Shown piece after piece: positions 25,511 through 39,083 of a stretch of DNA of 64,000 nt. The stretch covers positions 100,316,001 through 100,380,000 of the forward strand of contig OZ286460.1 in assembly GCA_965644265.1 (NCBI GenBank). The letters run 5' to 3'. This stretch comes from Glycera tridactyla (Eukaryota). The position numbers and the translations under genes were made by a program. Each line of letters opens with the position of its first letter. Positions within the stretch are counted from its first letter, which is position 1. The notes beneath the pieces were generated by a model. The model was not told the origin of the DNA and did not search any database. It was given only the letters and a program-made list of their open reading frames with translations.

Positions 25511-26831
25511 GTGTTCACTGCTTGGATGACAAATAACATGCGGCGTGTACTGATACACTCTCAATCACCCTCATGAACTAAGGTGTTCACTGCTTGGATG
25601 ACCAATAACATGCGGCGTGTTCTGATACACTCTCAATCACCCTCATGAACTGAGCTGTTCACTGCTTGGATGACCAATAACATGTGGCATGTACTGATAC
25701 ACTCTCAATCACCCTCATGAACTGAGCTGTTCACTGCTTGGATGATGAATAACATGCGGCGTGTTCTGATACACTCTCAATCACCCTCATGAACTGAGCT
25801 GTTCACTGCTTGGATGACCAATAACATGCGGCGTGTTCTGATACACTCTCAATCACCCTCATGAACTGAGCTGTTCACTGCTTGGATGATGAATAACATG
25901 CGGCATGTACTGATACACTCTCAATCACCCTCATGAACTAAGCTGTTCACTGCTTGGATGACCAATAACATGCGGCGTGTTCTGATACACTCTCAATCAC
26001 CCTCATGAACTGAGCTGTTCACTGCTTGGATGACGAATAGCATGCGGCATGTACTGATACACTCTCAATCACCCTCATGAACTGAGCTGTTCACTGCTTG
26101 GATGACGAATAGCATGCGGCATGTACTGATACACTCTCAATCACCCTCATGAACTGAGCTGTTCACTGCTTGGATGACCTATAACATGCGGCATGTACTG
26201 ATACACTCTCAATCACCCTCATGAACTAAGGTGTTCACTGCTTGGATGACCAATAACATGCGGCGTGTACTGATACACTCTCAATCACCCTCATGAACTG
26301 AGCTGTTCACTGCTTGGATGACGAATAACATGCGGCATGTTCTGATACACTCTCAATCACCCTCATGAACTGAGCTGTTCACTGCTTGGATGACGAATAA
26401 CATGCGGCGTGTTCTGATACACTCTCAATCACCCTCACGAACTAAGCTGTTCACTGCTTGGATGATGAATAACATGCGGCATGTACTGATACACTCTCAT
26501 CACCCTCATGAACTGAGCTGTTCACTGCTTGGATGACGAATAACATGCGGCGTGTACTGATACACTCTCAATCACCCTCATGAACTAAGCTGTTCACTGC
26601 TTGGATGACGAATAACATGCGGCATGTACTGATACACTCTCAATCACCCTCATGAACTGAGCTGTTCACTGCTTGGATGACGAATAACATGCGGCATGTA
26701 CTGATACACTCTCAATCACCCTCATGAACTGAGCTGTTCACTGCTTGGATGACGAATAACATGTGGCATGTACTGATACACTCTCAATCACCCTCATGAA
26801 CTGAGCTGTTCACTGCTTGGATGACGAATAA
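25511..26831. repeat. 72-bp minisatellite, 18 full units plus a partial unit
   Basis: GTTCACTGCTTGGATGAC(G/C)AATAACATGCGGC(A/G)TGT(A/T)CTGATACACTCTCAATCACCCTCATGAACT(G/A)AGCT repeats every 72 bp (25513, 25585, ... 26449; one 71-bp unit; ... 26808). Stops occur in all six frames. Confidence 0.97.
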
Positions 26832-26962
26832 CTGAGCTTTTAGGCCTCAAATTGGCAGACTCTATGTTGGTGATCAACAAACCTGCTATAGTAAAACCTC
26901 TCTTGGGAGACCACCCCAAATGCCAACTAGAGGTGGTCTCTCATCAGAAGTATATTTGACTA

Positions 26963-28387
26963 GTTGGAGTCATATTTTTGGATCTCAAGAAGGCGTTCGA
27001 CACTGTGGACCATAACCTTTTATGTCAAAAACTGAGAGGGTACGGAGTTGGTCACAGTGTCGAGCGCTGGATTAAAAACTATTTCACTGACCGTACCCAG
27101 ATAACAACTTGTAATGGTTCCTTGTCTGACCCCAAACCAGTGCTATGCGGTGTGCCTCAGGGATCAATTTTGGGACCGCTCCTGTTTATTTTATATATAA
27201 ATGATATGCCAAATGTGTTACTTAACAGTAAAATCGCCCTGTACGCAGACGACACTGCCATATATTATGAATCCGACGATCGTGAGGAGTTGGAGACCTG
27301 TCTGCAACAGGACATGATAGCAATCGAAAATTGGATGAGAGTAAACAAATTATCCTTAAACGCTAAAAAGTCTAAATTAATGATTTTCAGTAGAAGCAGG
27401 GACACGTTATCGGACATCTCTATCGGAGCAATCTATGATAGCAATCGAAAATTGGATGAGAGTAAACAAATTATCCTTAAACGCTAAAAAGTCTAAATTA
27501 ATGATTTTCAGTAGAAGCAGGGACACGTTATCGGACATATCTATCGGTATCAACAACGAAGTGCTAGAGAATGTCCAAAATTTCAAGTACCTTGGAATTT
27601 ACCTGGACCAAAAACTGTCATTTGACTATCATATAGATCAGCTCTGCAAAAAATCCAAGCAAAAACTTGCCACATTGGGACGAGTCAGGCGCTATATAAA
27701 TAAGGACACTTCCCTTCTCTTGTACAAAAGTCTTCTGCTCCCTGTAATTGAATATGGAGACCTAGTATATGCCACTGCTAAGACCTCAGACCTCAGTAAA
27801 ATACAGAAACTACAGAATTCTGCCTGTACAATAGTCCTGATGGCAGATAAAAGGTCTCATATCACTGATCTCCACAACTCGCTCAATCTCTTCTATTTAA
27901 CAGACCGTCGTTTTCACAACCTCTGCGTACAAACATTCAAATGCCTGAACTCATCAGCACCTGCCTACCTATCGGATAAACTTAGCTATGTTTCGGACCA
28001 ACATAACAGAGCAATACGTTCCACCGCACGTAGGGATCTGTATGTTCCAGCTGTCAAAAATAAAGGAGGGGAACAATCTTTCATGCATAGGGCACCTAAG
28101 GCCTGGAACTCAATTCCCTTAGAAATAAGAGAAGCCAGGTCTCTCTGTGAATTTAAAGTAGCACTGTTAGGTTACATTTCTCGAAATTACAGCTTTGAGT
28201 GAATAGGTGGAACTATTGAGTCGCTGTGATCTTCTGTGATGTATGATGTATTCGTTGACCATGTTTGTGTGAAAGTTGAATTGTTTGATGAATGAGTACT
28301 TGCTATTTTTCATATTGTAAAACATACCTGCAGAGGGGGTATGCTGAATGCATTCCTTGTAATGTGCATAAAACCCTAATAAATGAA

Positions 28388-28443
<56 letters not shown>

Positions 28444-28444
28444 A
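26963..28444 (+). mobile_element. 5'-truncated CR1/L2-group non-LTR retrotransposon (RT C-terminal half, 3'UTR, (TACT)n tail)
   Basis: Has RT motifs VGVIFLDLKKAFDTVDH, GVPQGSILGPLLF, LYADDT and FKYLGIYLD (ORFs 26978-27487 and 27435-28202). AATAAA at 28378, then a (TACT)n tail at ~28388-28443. The frame is broken only by an internal 113-bp duplication. Confidence 0.93.
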
Positions 28445-28731
28445 TGCCAAATAGAAATAAACCAAAACATGGCAGTTTCCCAAAAGAAAGGCCTCTCAAA
28501 AGATGTTTCACTGTTATAATAGATGATAATACAATGAAACCACTTTTGAGAGACCTCTGACAAGACCACTTTCATGGGGCAGCTTTTCTATTTGACATAA
28601 TCAAATATACCTCTGATGAGAAACCACCTCTTTTGAAAGACCACTTTTTTTTGGTGATCTCTCTGGGCGGTCTCTCGTCGCAGGTTTCACTGTATGCAGA
28701 AAGGCACCAGGGAGATCAAGCTTCATATGTA

Positions 28732-28891
28732 CAGTCGAACCTCCTCTAAAGACCACCTCCCTATAAAGACCACGCGAGCTGCGAACGTGGTAGTATTTTC
28801 AACAGTAAATAACCTCCCTATAAAGACCACCTCCCTTCAAAGATCACTTTTTGATGCAACTGAAGGCGGTCTTTATAGGGAGGTTCGACTG
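28732..28891. mobile_element. pogo/Tc1-mariner MITE family B (representative copy)
   Basis: TA|CAGTCGAACCTC...TATAAAGACCAC...GAGGTTCGACTG|TA. Others near 10823-10985, 39520-39576, 44310-44491, 46100-46280, 47281-47380 and 55245-55342. Confidence 0.85.
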
Positions 28892-29446
28892 TATCTACAC
28901 CGGCCATAGGAGGATAGCCGAAGGCCCCTTAGCCACCACAACTGGATGGGCCCATCAAGTATGATTTGGGGTTTAGTTAGTTGGTTACTTATCTTGCATC
29001 CCCTGAACCACCTGGGCTGTACTGAGATGCCCTTATATTCAAGACTCAAGTGAATATTTGGAATTCAAAGATACTGAAGATGTCATTTCTGATCTGGGGG
29101 CTGGAAAACAGAACACCCTAATCAGAGCCTCTATTTTCGATGTGTGGAAGAAAAACCAACAAATATTAATTCCAGTTTTGGTATTTATTTGTACCACTGG
29201 TGAAAAACAGCTCATTTCAAAGGCATTTGCAAATATATCATCAAAACAATATTCAAACTTGTGATTGATTATACATGTCTGATTTGTCTCCTACTTTACA
29301 TTTCCCTGTTGAAATGAAGTCATAATGACTCCCCCCTGAATTTTGAAAATATAATATGCTATTTGTTCAACTGTTGTTGAATTACTCTGTTTTCCATGAC
29401 ATGTATTTTTGCTTACTTTGATGCCTCCTAATGAAGATTCAAAATA

Positions 29447-29623
29447 CAGTAAAACCTGTCTTAAGTGAAAAGTCACGGGACCAAATTTTTCTTTCACTTA
29501 AGACAGGATTTTGCTTAGCGCAGGACAATTATAGTGAGAAAAAAACATCCGGGCAGACCGTGGGGTATGTGCTTAAGACAGGATTTTGCCTAGCGCAGGT
29601 TTACTCTCGAGCAGGTTTCACTG
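29447..29623 (+). mobile_element. 177-bp pogo/Tc1-mariner MITE (family C)
   Basis: TA|CAGTAAAACCTGTCTTAAG ... CAGGTTT(C/T)ACTG|TA. Near-identical copies at 24497-24673 (opposite strand) and 36549-36725. Confidence 0.9.
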
Positions 29624-32600
29624 TATGATGATTTCTTTGGCTGTTTTCCTTACTTCAAAAATATGGAATACAACCGCCAGTTTTTGAATAAAAAATATGA
29701 TCCTATGGATTGTTCTCCACAATGGGTTACTGACGTCAACACAATCCTGATCATACATGAATCCAACCGGCTCAACTTCCATGTTTCTGAATTTTTTGAA
29801 AAACAATTATACATGACAACTGGATATATAATGGTGAAACAACCTCACCTCCAAAACTTCATGTAATTGACATTTGGTATCATATACAATGAAATATCCA
29901 TTACATATGATGGTCGAGAAAAACCCCTTCATAAACATCATACATCATGGTGTTAGGGGAGGGCAGGTGGGATTTTCTTCTGACGAAGTGATCGAAATTC
30001 GTATGTTCCGCCTCGATCTCGAAATTCTTGCGCATTTGCAAATATGACTGTCACGTGATGAAATCACCACCACACACCCCACGTGTTCTACTACCCACTC
30101 GCTTTCATGGTACATTTCACATTGTCTTTGTATAACAACTAGTTCTCTCCCCCACCTCAAAAAGCCATTGATCAATTGCAGTGTTCAATGTTGATACGAT
30201 TTCCATGGCAAAACTGAAAGTATCATAAAAGGATTCTGGTTTAAGCATATGTGATTTGGCTAAAAGAGGAATGGCTCCTTTGCACAATTTTCTATGGGAA
30301 AGTTTGTCCCAACACTAGCCCTAGTTTGAACTCTCATGTGCAAATCATCTATGGCGGAGTGAACAGAGATATTCTTCCACCTGTCCAGAGCAGGTAGATT
30401 TCCAAGGTGGGCAGGTAGATTTTTAAATTCACTTGCCTGGTGGAGAGTTGAAAAATGCTATGGACATATATTTGGGCAGGGTGAATTTCGAAGGGACAGG
30501 TGGATTTGAAATGTACCTGCCAACTGGGGAGGCCGAGTCTTCCAGTCCTGCATGGGTGGCCTCTGAAAAAGGGAATATATGCACTGAATATGGTTCATTC
30601 CACAACCAGTTGATGAAGGAGACAATGGATATACCGATATCCACCAAGAATGCAACTCATCACATTACCTTTCACCTAAACTGATTAGGCATCCATCAGA
30701 ACAGAATAAGTAGGCCGAGCTATTGCGCATGGAGAATAGCAAGACAAGGGCTGGTGGAAGCACTTACAGCATATAGGGAACCGCTTGATGACTGGTTGGT
30801 GCATTGCTTGATAGTTTATTGTCTTACTGGCAACAAATGGACAGTACAATGTGCATCAAATTTGATCATTCAAAATCTCCCCTTCTGGGTCTCCACTTAG
30901 CCAGGGCAATGATTAGGGAAATTCCACCAGGGAAAGACCTGTGATTGAAAATTCGTCTTCACAAGTCATAGTCCCATACTTGTGGACTTCTAAATAAGAA
31001 TATCCCTCATAAATAATGTCTCAATGAAGATAACAGTATCTATGTTGGGGTTCATGGAGAAGGGAACAGACAAGGCAATCATGGTCGTACTTGTCTACTA
31101 AGACTACAATAATATTGTAACTGAAATTACTCAATAAAATCTATCAATCCATGTAATCCGCAAGGGATGAGTTTCATTGCATCTTATTTTTGGCAAGACA
31201 GAACTTACTATTGAATTTTGCTTTTACCAAGAACAAACATGTACTAATCATAATTTTCATAACATATTTGTCCACGTTTCAATATTCAGCATCTTGAGAC
31301 TCTCTTTACAGATGGAATCGCGTCATCTTATCTGGAAAGTCATGTTAGTCACCATCTCTGTATAGCAGGATATTCTTCAAATGTAGACTGAACTCTCATT
31401 ATGATGAATTGATGGATCATAATGATTTCAAATTAATCATTTCTCAAAAGTGAGGAATACTTCCTGTGGTTCACTAACAAAGACCATACTCGATCACATC
31501 CAAAAGAGGTCTTTTTGGACAGGCAGCCTTCATAGATTTGTATATGTTAAGTGAAACATGGCCAAAAGACCCCTCAATGAGAGACCACCTCCAATGGGAG
31601 ACCGCTTTACCAGGGCAGCTTTCCTACTCAACATGGTCAAATATACCTCTGATGAGAGACCATCTCTTTGAGAGACCATTTTTTGTTACATCTTAGGCAG
31701 TCTCTCGTCGCAGATTTCACTGTAGGTATATCGTAGAAAGGCTTATTTATAGAGCAGGTTCAGCTACATGTACATATGTCATTTACATTTTCAAGAACTA
31801 TTGAATGCCATTTCATCAGGCCTAACAAAGTGTCTGAGCACAATTCACTCATTTAATTAACAAATATTGAAAATTGCGCCTGTCAGCATGAAACGTCAAT
31901 CTCGATTCCAACCACTTTGCACACTCTGGCATGATGTTGACATATATTAGTGGAAACAGCATCAAAGGTGATGAGCAGTGCAGATTGGAGCTGAATAGCA
32001 CAGCTACAAATGACCTGCTCTTTTGGGCAATTGAATCACAAAATGCACTTGCACATATACCAATTGTACATATTTCAGACATATATACCCCTGCATTATT
32101 GACATGAATTTGTAATTTGCCTAATACAGTGGAACCTCTTTTGAGAGTCCACCCTATTTTGAGAGACTGCTTTCAGGGATAATTTTATGCTGTGCCCTGT
32201 GGCAAATGGCACATAAAGTTATGAAAGGGCACATTAAACCATATATATTGTGCCCAGAAGGCACATGGAATTTTCCATACTTTGATATGATTACATGGTT
32301 TGAGGCACACACAAATCCAAAATGGCACATGAAATCTGCATCAATGTGCCCGAAAGACCCATACATATTTCAGAGCAATAAAATCCCTGTGCTTTTCATT
32401 GGTTCATTTCTATTTGGCATAGTCAAATATACCTCCAATGAGAGACCACCTCTCTTGAGACTGCATGTGGATGGCATTTTAGGCGGTCTCCCAAGAGGAG
32501 TCTTACTGTACCAGGAGTCCGCTATGTGTACCAGTAAGTATAAACTAATCAGTATAAAAGTGACCTCTGGCCAATATAGTTGTATGCTCAATATAATGAA

Positions 32601-33752
32601 CAGTAGATGTCCCAGATTTACCACTACTACAGTATGCTGAGGAGTATCGATGGAGGATAAAATCTTAAAGCAGCGAAGCAACACCACCACCATGTAAGGC
32701 TCTACACTAAGACCTGCCCAATGGCATACATAAGCAAATTTGTTAGGGCAGGAATTTTCATCAGTCTGCTTGCCCGATTGGCAGGTAAATAACCATCAGT
32801 TAGCCTATGATTTTGAAGGAGGCCAGGTCATAATATTGAGGTGGACATGAGATAATCCCAATTGATGTAGAGCCCTACCATATACGCATACTGCACCTTA
32901 AATGAGTTACCAGAGAGGACTAAAACACTTAATATATCACTTGCCTCTCAGATGTTATAAATTCACTTTTCTGGAAAAGAATGGCACATTGAATAATTAG
33001 ACCAAATATATAGATTAAAATAAACCTCCAAAAAGAATGCTTCATCATCCAATATTGCAAGTCTGGTGGAATGGGTAAAGTATCAATGAATTCCTGTAGC
33101 AAATTTGGCTAAAGCAGCCATTCCATTTTTAGCCAGATTGCTGACGCTTTATCCAAAATCATTGTGACATCAATTCTCCCATACATTTCATTTTGAATTG
33201 TATTATGAGTTCCAAACATGAGAAATATGTTTTGCTGCATCTATATATCAATAAAACACAGTTTCTCATGACTGCATTCGCTTTTGGTGAGGATATAATT
33301 GCTGTCTTTGTTTGCTATTCCAATTTCTCCAAGCCAGTTTGGCGAAAGACTTGTCAATTTCTTTAGCCAGATTGGTAGAGCATCAGCCCCTGATTAACTA
33401 GCACCAACACAGACAGGGATCTGAAGATGTGACACTAGCTGCAATGAAAAGCCTCCACAGATGGCAAATACAAACACAGATGTGTGAAATATAGTCAATG
33501 CACACAGGTGGGCATTGAGGTCGACGGTAATGGAGGTAGCGCACAGATTGAGCATGTGTATACAGTCAAATATCATCCATTTCTCCATTCTCTATCGAAC
33601 AGTTCTCTTCATGAATATAATCTCTGAAAATAGACCCTGTACCACTAATATGGTCTGGAAGCCAAGGTTTGATTTGGTTTGAGAACCTCTATTCACACTC
33701 ACATAATTACTTTAGTGATGAAGCTTTTCCAATGCAGACAAGGTGCAATAAT

Positions 33753-33890
33753 NNNNNNNNNNNNNNNNNNNNNNNNNNNNNNNNNNNNNNNNNNNNNNNN
33801 NNNNNNNNNNNNNNNNNNNNNNNNNNNNNNNNNNNNNNNNNNNNNNNNNNNNNNNNNNNNNNNNNNNNNNNNNNNNNNNNNNNNNNNNNN
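33753..33890. other. Assembly gap (138 N)
   Basis: Run of N next to a MITE; same length as the first gap. Confidence 1.
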
Positions 33891-34038
33891 GTGAACCCTT
33901 TTTTGAGAGACCTCTCTTTTGACTGCCCTCTTTAGTTGAATATACCTCTAATGAGATCACCTCTTTTGAAAGACGGCCTGTGGCTGGCATTTGGGGTGGT
34001 CTCCCAAGAGAGCTTTAGGAAGTTTGCTGATAGTATAC

Positions 34039-34491
34039 CAGGGTTCATATACGCTTGGCAGAATTTTATTCCATAACTTTTCCAGAACATTTCCAGGTCA
34101 ACGAGCAATTATTCCAGGACATGCAAATGAGTATGAAAATCTAGAATGAGCTGTCATTGACTCATTTTGTGTCATATCTTAGCTAATATTGGTCCAATTT
34201 TCACAACGTACACACCAAAAAGACTAGTAGAGCAAGATCTTTCAGATGGTCTGATCGGGTTTTTATTCAGTATCGAATTTCAAATTCGTGATCACCACAC
34301 ATTGATGATGCCATGTTTTTGTCATTCTTTTTATCATAAAAGATACAATATTTCAGCAAATTCTCAAAATTCAAGGACATTTCCAGGACATTCCTGGCAA
34401 AATGATTTTTTCCATAACTTTTCCAGTCCTGGAATTCTATTTGGCAATTTTCCATAACTTTTCCAGGATTCCAGGACGCGTATGAACCCTG
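34039..34491. mobile_element. MITE CAGGGTTCATA...TATGAACCCTG with a 5-bp TSD
   Basis: TATAC flanks both ends; internal TTTTCCATAAC/TTCCAGGA repeats. Confidence 0.75.
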
Positions 34492-36909
34492 TATACACCC
34501 TCCAAAGCTTCCATAGCAACCATCACTAGAACTCTCATGACCTGCAAGTTTCTGATGTAATTCTCCCAAAGGAGCAAATGGTGATAGGTGCAATGGGTTT
34601 ATTGCTCTCATTAGCACCCCATAAAAGCAGGCCATGAACCACAAAGTCATTGCCGAAGTCGACGCCATCTGACCAGATGAGTCTGTTGCATGAAGAAAGA
34701 ATCACTCTCCAGAAAATAATTTCACTCTCCCGATTCTGTGCATGATCAGAAAGGAAAACAAGCTTGAACTCTGACATTTTGAGAGCAAGACATTTGTGTG
34801 AGTACAGTGAAACCTGCGACGAGCGACCACCCTTCTTGTCACGAAAAAGCAGTTGTTCAAAAGTGGTGGTCGCTCGTCGCAGGTTCAATCAACTGGACCC
34901 GGTCGCAAACACAGGTATACATACCAAGTACTCCCAATATTGCCCACTAATCTTTCGCTGAATAAGCATCGATGATTGCCGAACTTTTCGCGAAATACAC
35001 CAAAATCACATGTGAAAGTCATGTATAGACTCAATTCTTATCAGAACCAGTGTTTTCATGGGGAAATATCGCTATCATTCGCCAGAAATGGTAAAATTGT
35101 TTGCCTCCGGCCGTGCCAAAATAACTGTGTATAACCATTAGTCTTCTTGTGGTGGGGAAACCCCTCACTTGGCATAATTTATGCAAGTATCGGCGGGATC
35201 CCAGCCCTCCAACAATATCAATAATAGCGAATCTGTGAACAATATAGACTCGAAACGTTGAATTCGCACAGAAATATTGTACGATTAATGATTGATCTGG
35301 TCTATGGTGATAAGCGGCTTTATTGGTACGAAATAAGTGTTTCTGTAGCCGATTCAAATCCCGCCATTTTTACTTCCTCGTTCTTCGATTTCGGTCATGT
35401 GTTCGAGACTGCTGCTTGCTACGCAATAAACAATGGATTAATCGTTATGTGGATGTGTTATCACAGCGACACTGGCTTCTCAGGTGTTTCTTTGTGAAAG
35501 ATTGGTCATCGTGCATACAGGCGCAAACGACCGGACGGTGGGCTTTGTCTTAAAGCAGCAAAGCGTGTAGTTGTGAAGTCGTGAGTTGTTCATTCATACA
35601 CGGTGACCTGATTGTCACCCATATCAGCGCTGCCTAATCAAAGGAAAATTCACACTCTCCCATCGGGAGTGAGTTTGGTCTTTTCACTCTCCTGAAACCC
35701 AATTCACTTTCCCAGGATGCGGGAGAGTGGCTAAATTCGAAGACTGCTACAGAGTCGAATAATGGTAAAGGCAGTCAACAATTCCAAGATAAGGGTGAAG
35801 TTAGTCAACATTTTGAAATAAGGGCAAATATAGTCAACATTTCAGAATGTCATGTGAATCTATGTGCAATACTGAGGATCAAATCCACAAGCAGCCGAAA
35901 GGTCCTCAGTCAGGAAATACATTCAATCCAGTGTCAAAAATAGTACAATAATGATTTCAGATGTCACATCATTTTCATGAACTGCATGCCAATGACATCA
36001 GCTGACCACACTTCATAAACAAATCAGTCTCTTGCTACAGGTGGATCACTGACTCTGTAAGTCTAGCAGTGAACAAGGGCCTGGGGTTATTTCATTATCA
36101 GTGAAACAGACTCCAGTTCTCTATGAAACACCTCTGCCCTCTCCTAATGGCAAGGGCATTGCCTAATAAATGGCTGGCAGCAGAGGTGGCAGCTTGCGAT
36201 TCATTGCAGACTAAACTATTCACCATATCACTGCATTGACATGGGATTTTCTCACTCACATCTTACTCAGCGGTGACCATATTTTTCATCCCATGATTTT
36301 CCTCATGATTTTGACTATGTATAAACCATGAAAACAAACTTCTCACATAGCTTATTTTTGGCAAGCCTCCAGATCAATAAGCAGGATTTTTGTCTGCAGT
36401 GGGGATGGAATTTTGCATGGAATTTTTTGTGACATAGTACACAAGTTTTGAAGCCTCAAAGATCATCCAAATTTTATGGCAAAGTTGCATAAATCCGGGG
36501 AATGCCACGATTTTTCATGATCTGGTTTTCAACTGCATTTTTGAAATACAGTAAAACCTGTCTTAAGTGAAAAGTCACGGGTCCAAATTTTTCTTCCACT
36601 TAAGACAGGATTCTGCTTAGCGCAGGACAATTATAGTGAGAAAAAAACATCTGGGAAGACGGTGGGGTATGTGCTTGAGACAGGATTTCGCCTAGCACAG
36701 GTTTACACTCGAGCAGGTTTTACTGTACTGGCAGGTAGATTTTTCTGGTGGACTTGCCATATATAAGCAGGGTAGGTTGATTTTCCAGCTGGGCAGGTTA
36801 ACTTTCCTGATATCTTCTGGCCCTGTACTTTAAATTATTTCTTGTTCAAGATATGGATGTACTAAAGAATGGCACATGATACATGTAGTTCAATTGCTAT
36901 GATCTGTCC

Positions 36910-37200
36910 GTTTGTTTGTTTGTTTGTTTGGGTTTTACATCTTTTCACCCACCTTGGGTTATATCGGACTGAAAAACAGAAAATGCTGAAGAAAAGAGAC
37001 ACTGCTGCTGGGGGCTATCCCTACTTTTTGCGAAAGACAGCAGTGGTTCTTTCATGTGGATGCAGGAACAAACTTCCATACACACAGACAACCTTCTGGG
37101 TCCTCCCGGCACAAAATCATTCAGAATGACTGTAAGGCCTAAGGGGGAGATCAAAGCTTCTGATTTAGATCCATATCCCGACGGGAAAAAATCAGGGGGA
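36910..37200 (-). mobile_element. Decayed SINE with a (CAAA)n tail, possibly MetaSINE-like
   Basis: A (TTTG)n tract followed by GGGCTATCCCTACTTTTTGCGAAAGACAGCAGTGGTTCTTTCATGTG. This resembles from memory the reverse strand of the conserved central domain of invertebrate Meta-type SINEs; no tRNA head recognised. Confidence 0.4.
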
Positions 37201-39083
37201 AAAGGTGGTCAATTCATGACATGACGTATATCAGAATAATACACTATGTAGATGTAAGACTTGATTTCCACTATGTTTCAGAGATCTGAGGCCGTCCAAG
37301 AAGAAGGAGAAGACTCCAAGGATTCGGTCGCAATCCTTGAATTGGATTTGGTGAGTTGCCTGACTCAGGTTCTTACTTCAGTTGAGAAGGGCATGTGAAG
37401 AGTGAAAATTAAACAACTACATCGCTATTTCAGATGTACAAACTCTATTGCAGCGGTCGCATAATGAGAGTTGGTCTCTTCAAGGACTTGAGGCATTGAT
37501 GTCTATGCTAGAGGGTCATTTCTTCCAGGCAACCATCTGAATTCTTCCAAGCAACCATTGAGTCTTATCACTGATTTTTCCCTAATCAGTGGCTTGGGAT
37601 ATTGAAGAAAGAAAGTAACTGTGCTGTGGCAACAAGAGCAGCATTATTATTCTGTATTTCGCCTGAAATGGTTACTGTGCCACAAGAGAGCACCCATATA
37701 TCAAGAGTAATTGGCAGGCTGAAGCCTCACAAGTCACCAGCTGTGGTTGGCACCGATTCTGATGATGTGTAATTGGCTCCATTCATGGCTTCCATCATCT
37801 TCCTACACATCTTCCTACACATAGCAATCCTTGAATGAAATCTTGTACACTTGTGATTCTCATGTAATTTCTCTCTTCATGCTTCCGCCAACCAGAATAC
37901 AGTGAGATCTGTGACTTGAGACCACTGCAAATGTCACCAAAAAGTGGTCCTTCAAAAGAAGTGGTCTCTCTTCAGAGGGATATTTGACTAGGTCATATAG
38001 AAAAGCTGCTCTGAAATAGTGGTCTCCTGCTGGAGGTGGTTTGTTGTCGGTTGGGGGCGGGGGCCACATGCGCGCAGATCGAGTTGCGAGTAGGGTAGTA
38101 ATTGAGAGAAGGTGCTACACTCGGCGATCGGAGCTGGGCAGCTGATCAGACTTGTCCAAGTGCAAGCTGGATTTCTTTGCTAAATCAGCACCAAAAATGT
38201 CCCTCCTAGCATGAGACCGTAGAAAAGGAATTTATCTACCTACATAACCAGTCAATAATATCCTGTGCCCATCCAATTTAGTGGAAATCGACTAGGAGCA
38301 GGCAAATTTAATCTCAGATAGTTCATGACTGCCAACTCAATCCAAGATGGCCAAAAGTAGACTGGCACCCTCACAAAGATACAAGAGCCGCACTCAAGGT
38401 AGGTGAGAGGGTATCAGTCTACATCTAGAGTAAACATCATAACACACCATAGCTGTCAAATTTCACACACACATTTCTTGAATGAAAACTTTGAGGAGCA
38501 AGTCAATACATAGCTGGTGGTTGCAAGAAGAGTTATAGGAACAAGAGTGAGTGAACAATTCCTTTTTTAATTCATCTGAAGAAGGGGAAACTGGGTGTCA
38601 AGTTGCTAAGGAGAAAATGCGTGGGAGACGTATCCCGGCCGAGTGTAATACCTTCTCATTTTACTTATCATCCACCGCGATCACCGTTCCGACCGCCTGT
38701 GGGAGGGGCTCTTGTTGCCGGTTTCATTGTACACAGTGAAATGATTATTTAGAGAATCTTCAAAATTATAGCATAAATGGTCTGACAAAACAGGTCATTT
38801 CGTAAAAGTATACTTAATTAACTCAGACAGAAATACAGCATCCAGAAACTGGTCCTACTGTGAAAGCAGTCTCTCCTCATAAGGGAGGGGATTTCATAGC
38901 TATCTCCCTGGCTTGGCTGAGGCACTGACTGCTGTGAGCAGTGTTTTTGAAATCTAGACGGCTTGCCAGTTTTCACCGACAAGTTATCCTAAGTCCGTCA
39001 ACGGTCTCATACTCCCCGGACAAGGTGTCTGAGGAGAAGAAACAAATCATGCCAAATGTGACCAATCTTGTCAATAAACTCAC

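Noticed and set aside
25511-26831. Regular array with a palindromic motif, superficially CRISPR-like or a 24-aa repeat protein
   Set aside because: There are no unique spacers, no cas genes, the context is eukaryotic, and every frame contains a stop in each unit.
1357-33890. Two gaps of identical length (138 N)
   Set aside because: This is a scaffolding placeholder, not biology; ORFs spanning them are artefacts.
36041-36056. Possible microexons (plus 36041-36056, plus ~55628-55642, minus ~23890-23901)
   Set aside because: Good splice sites alone are common by chance, and nothing in the window links them to a gene.
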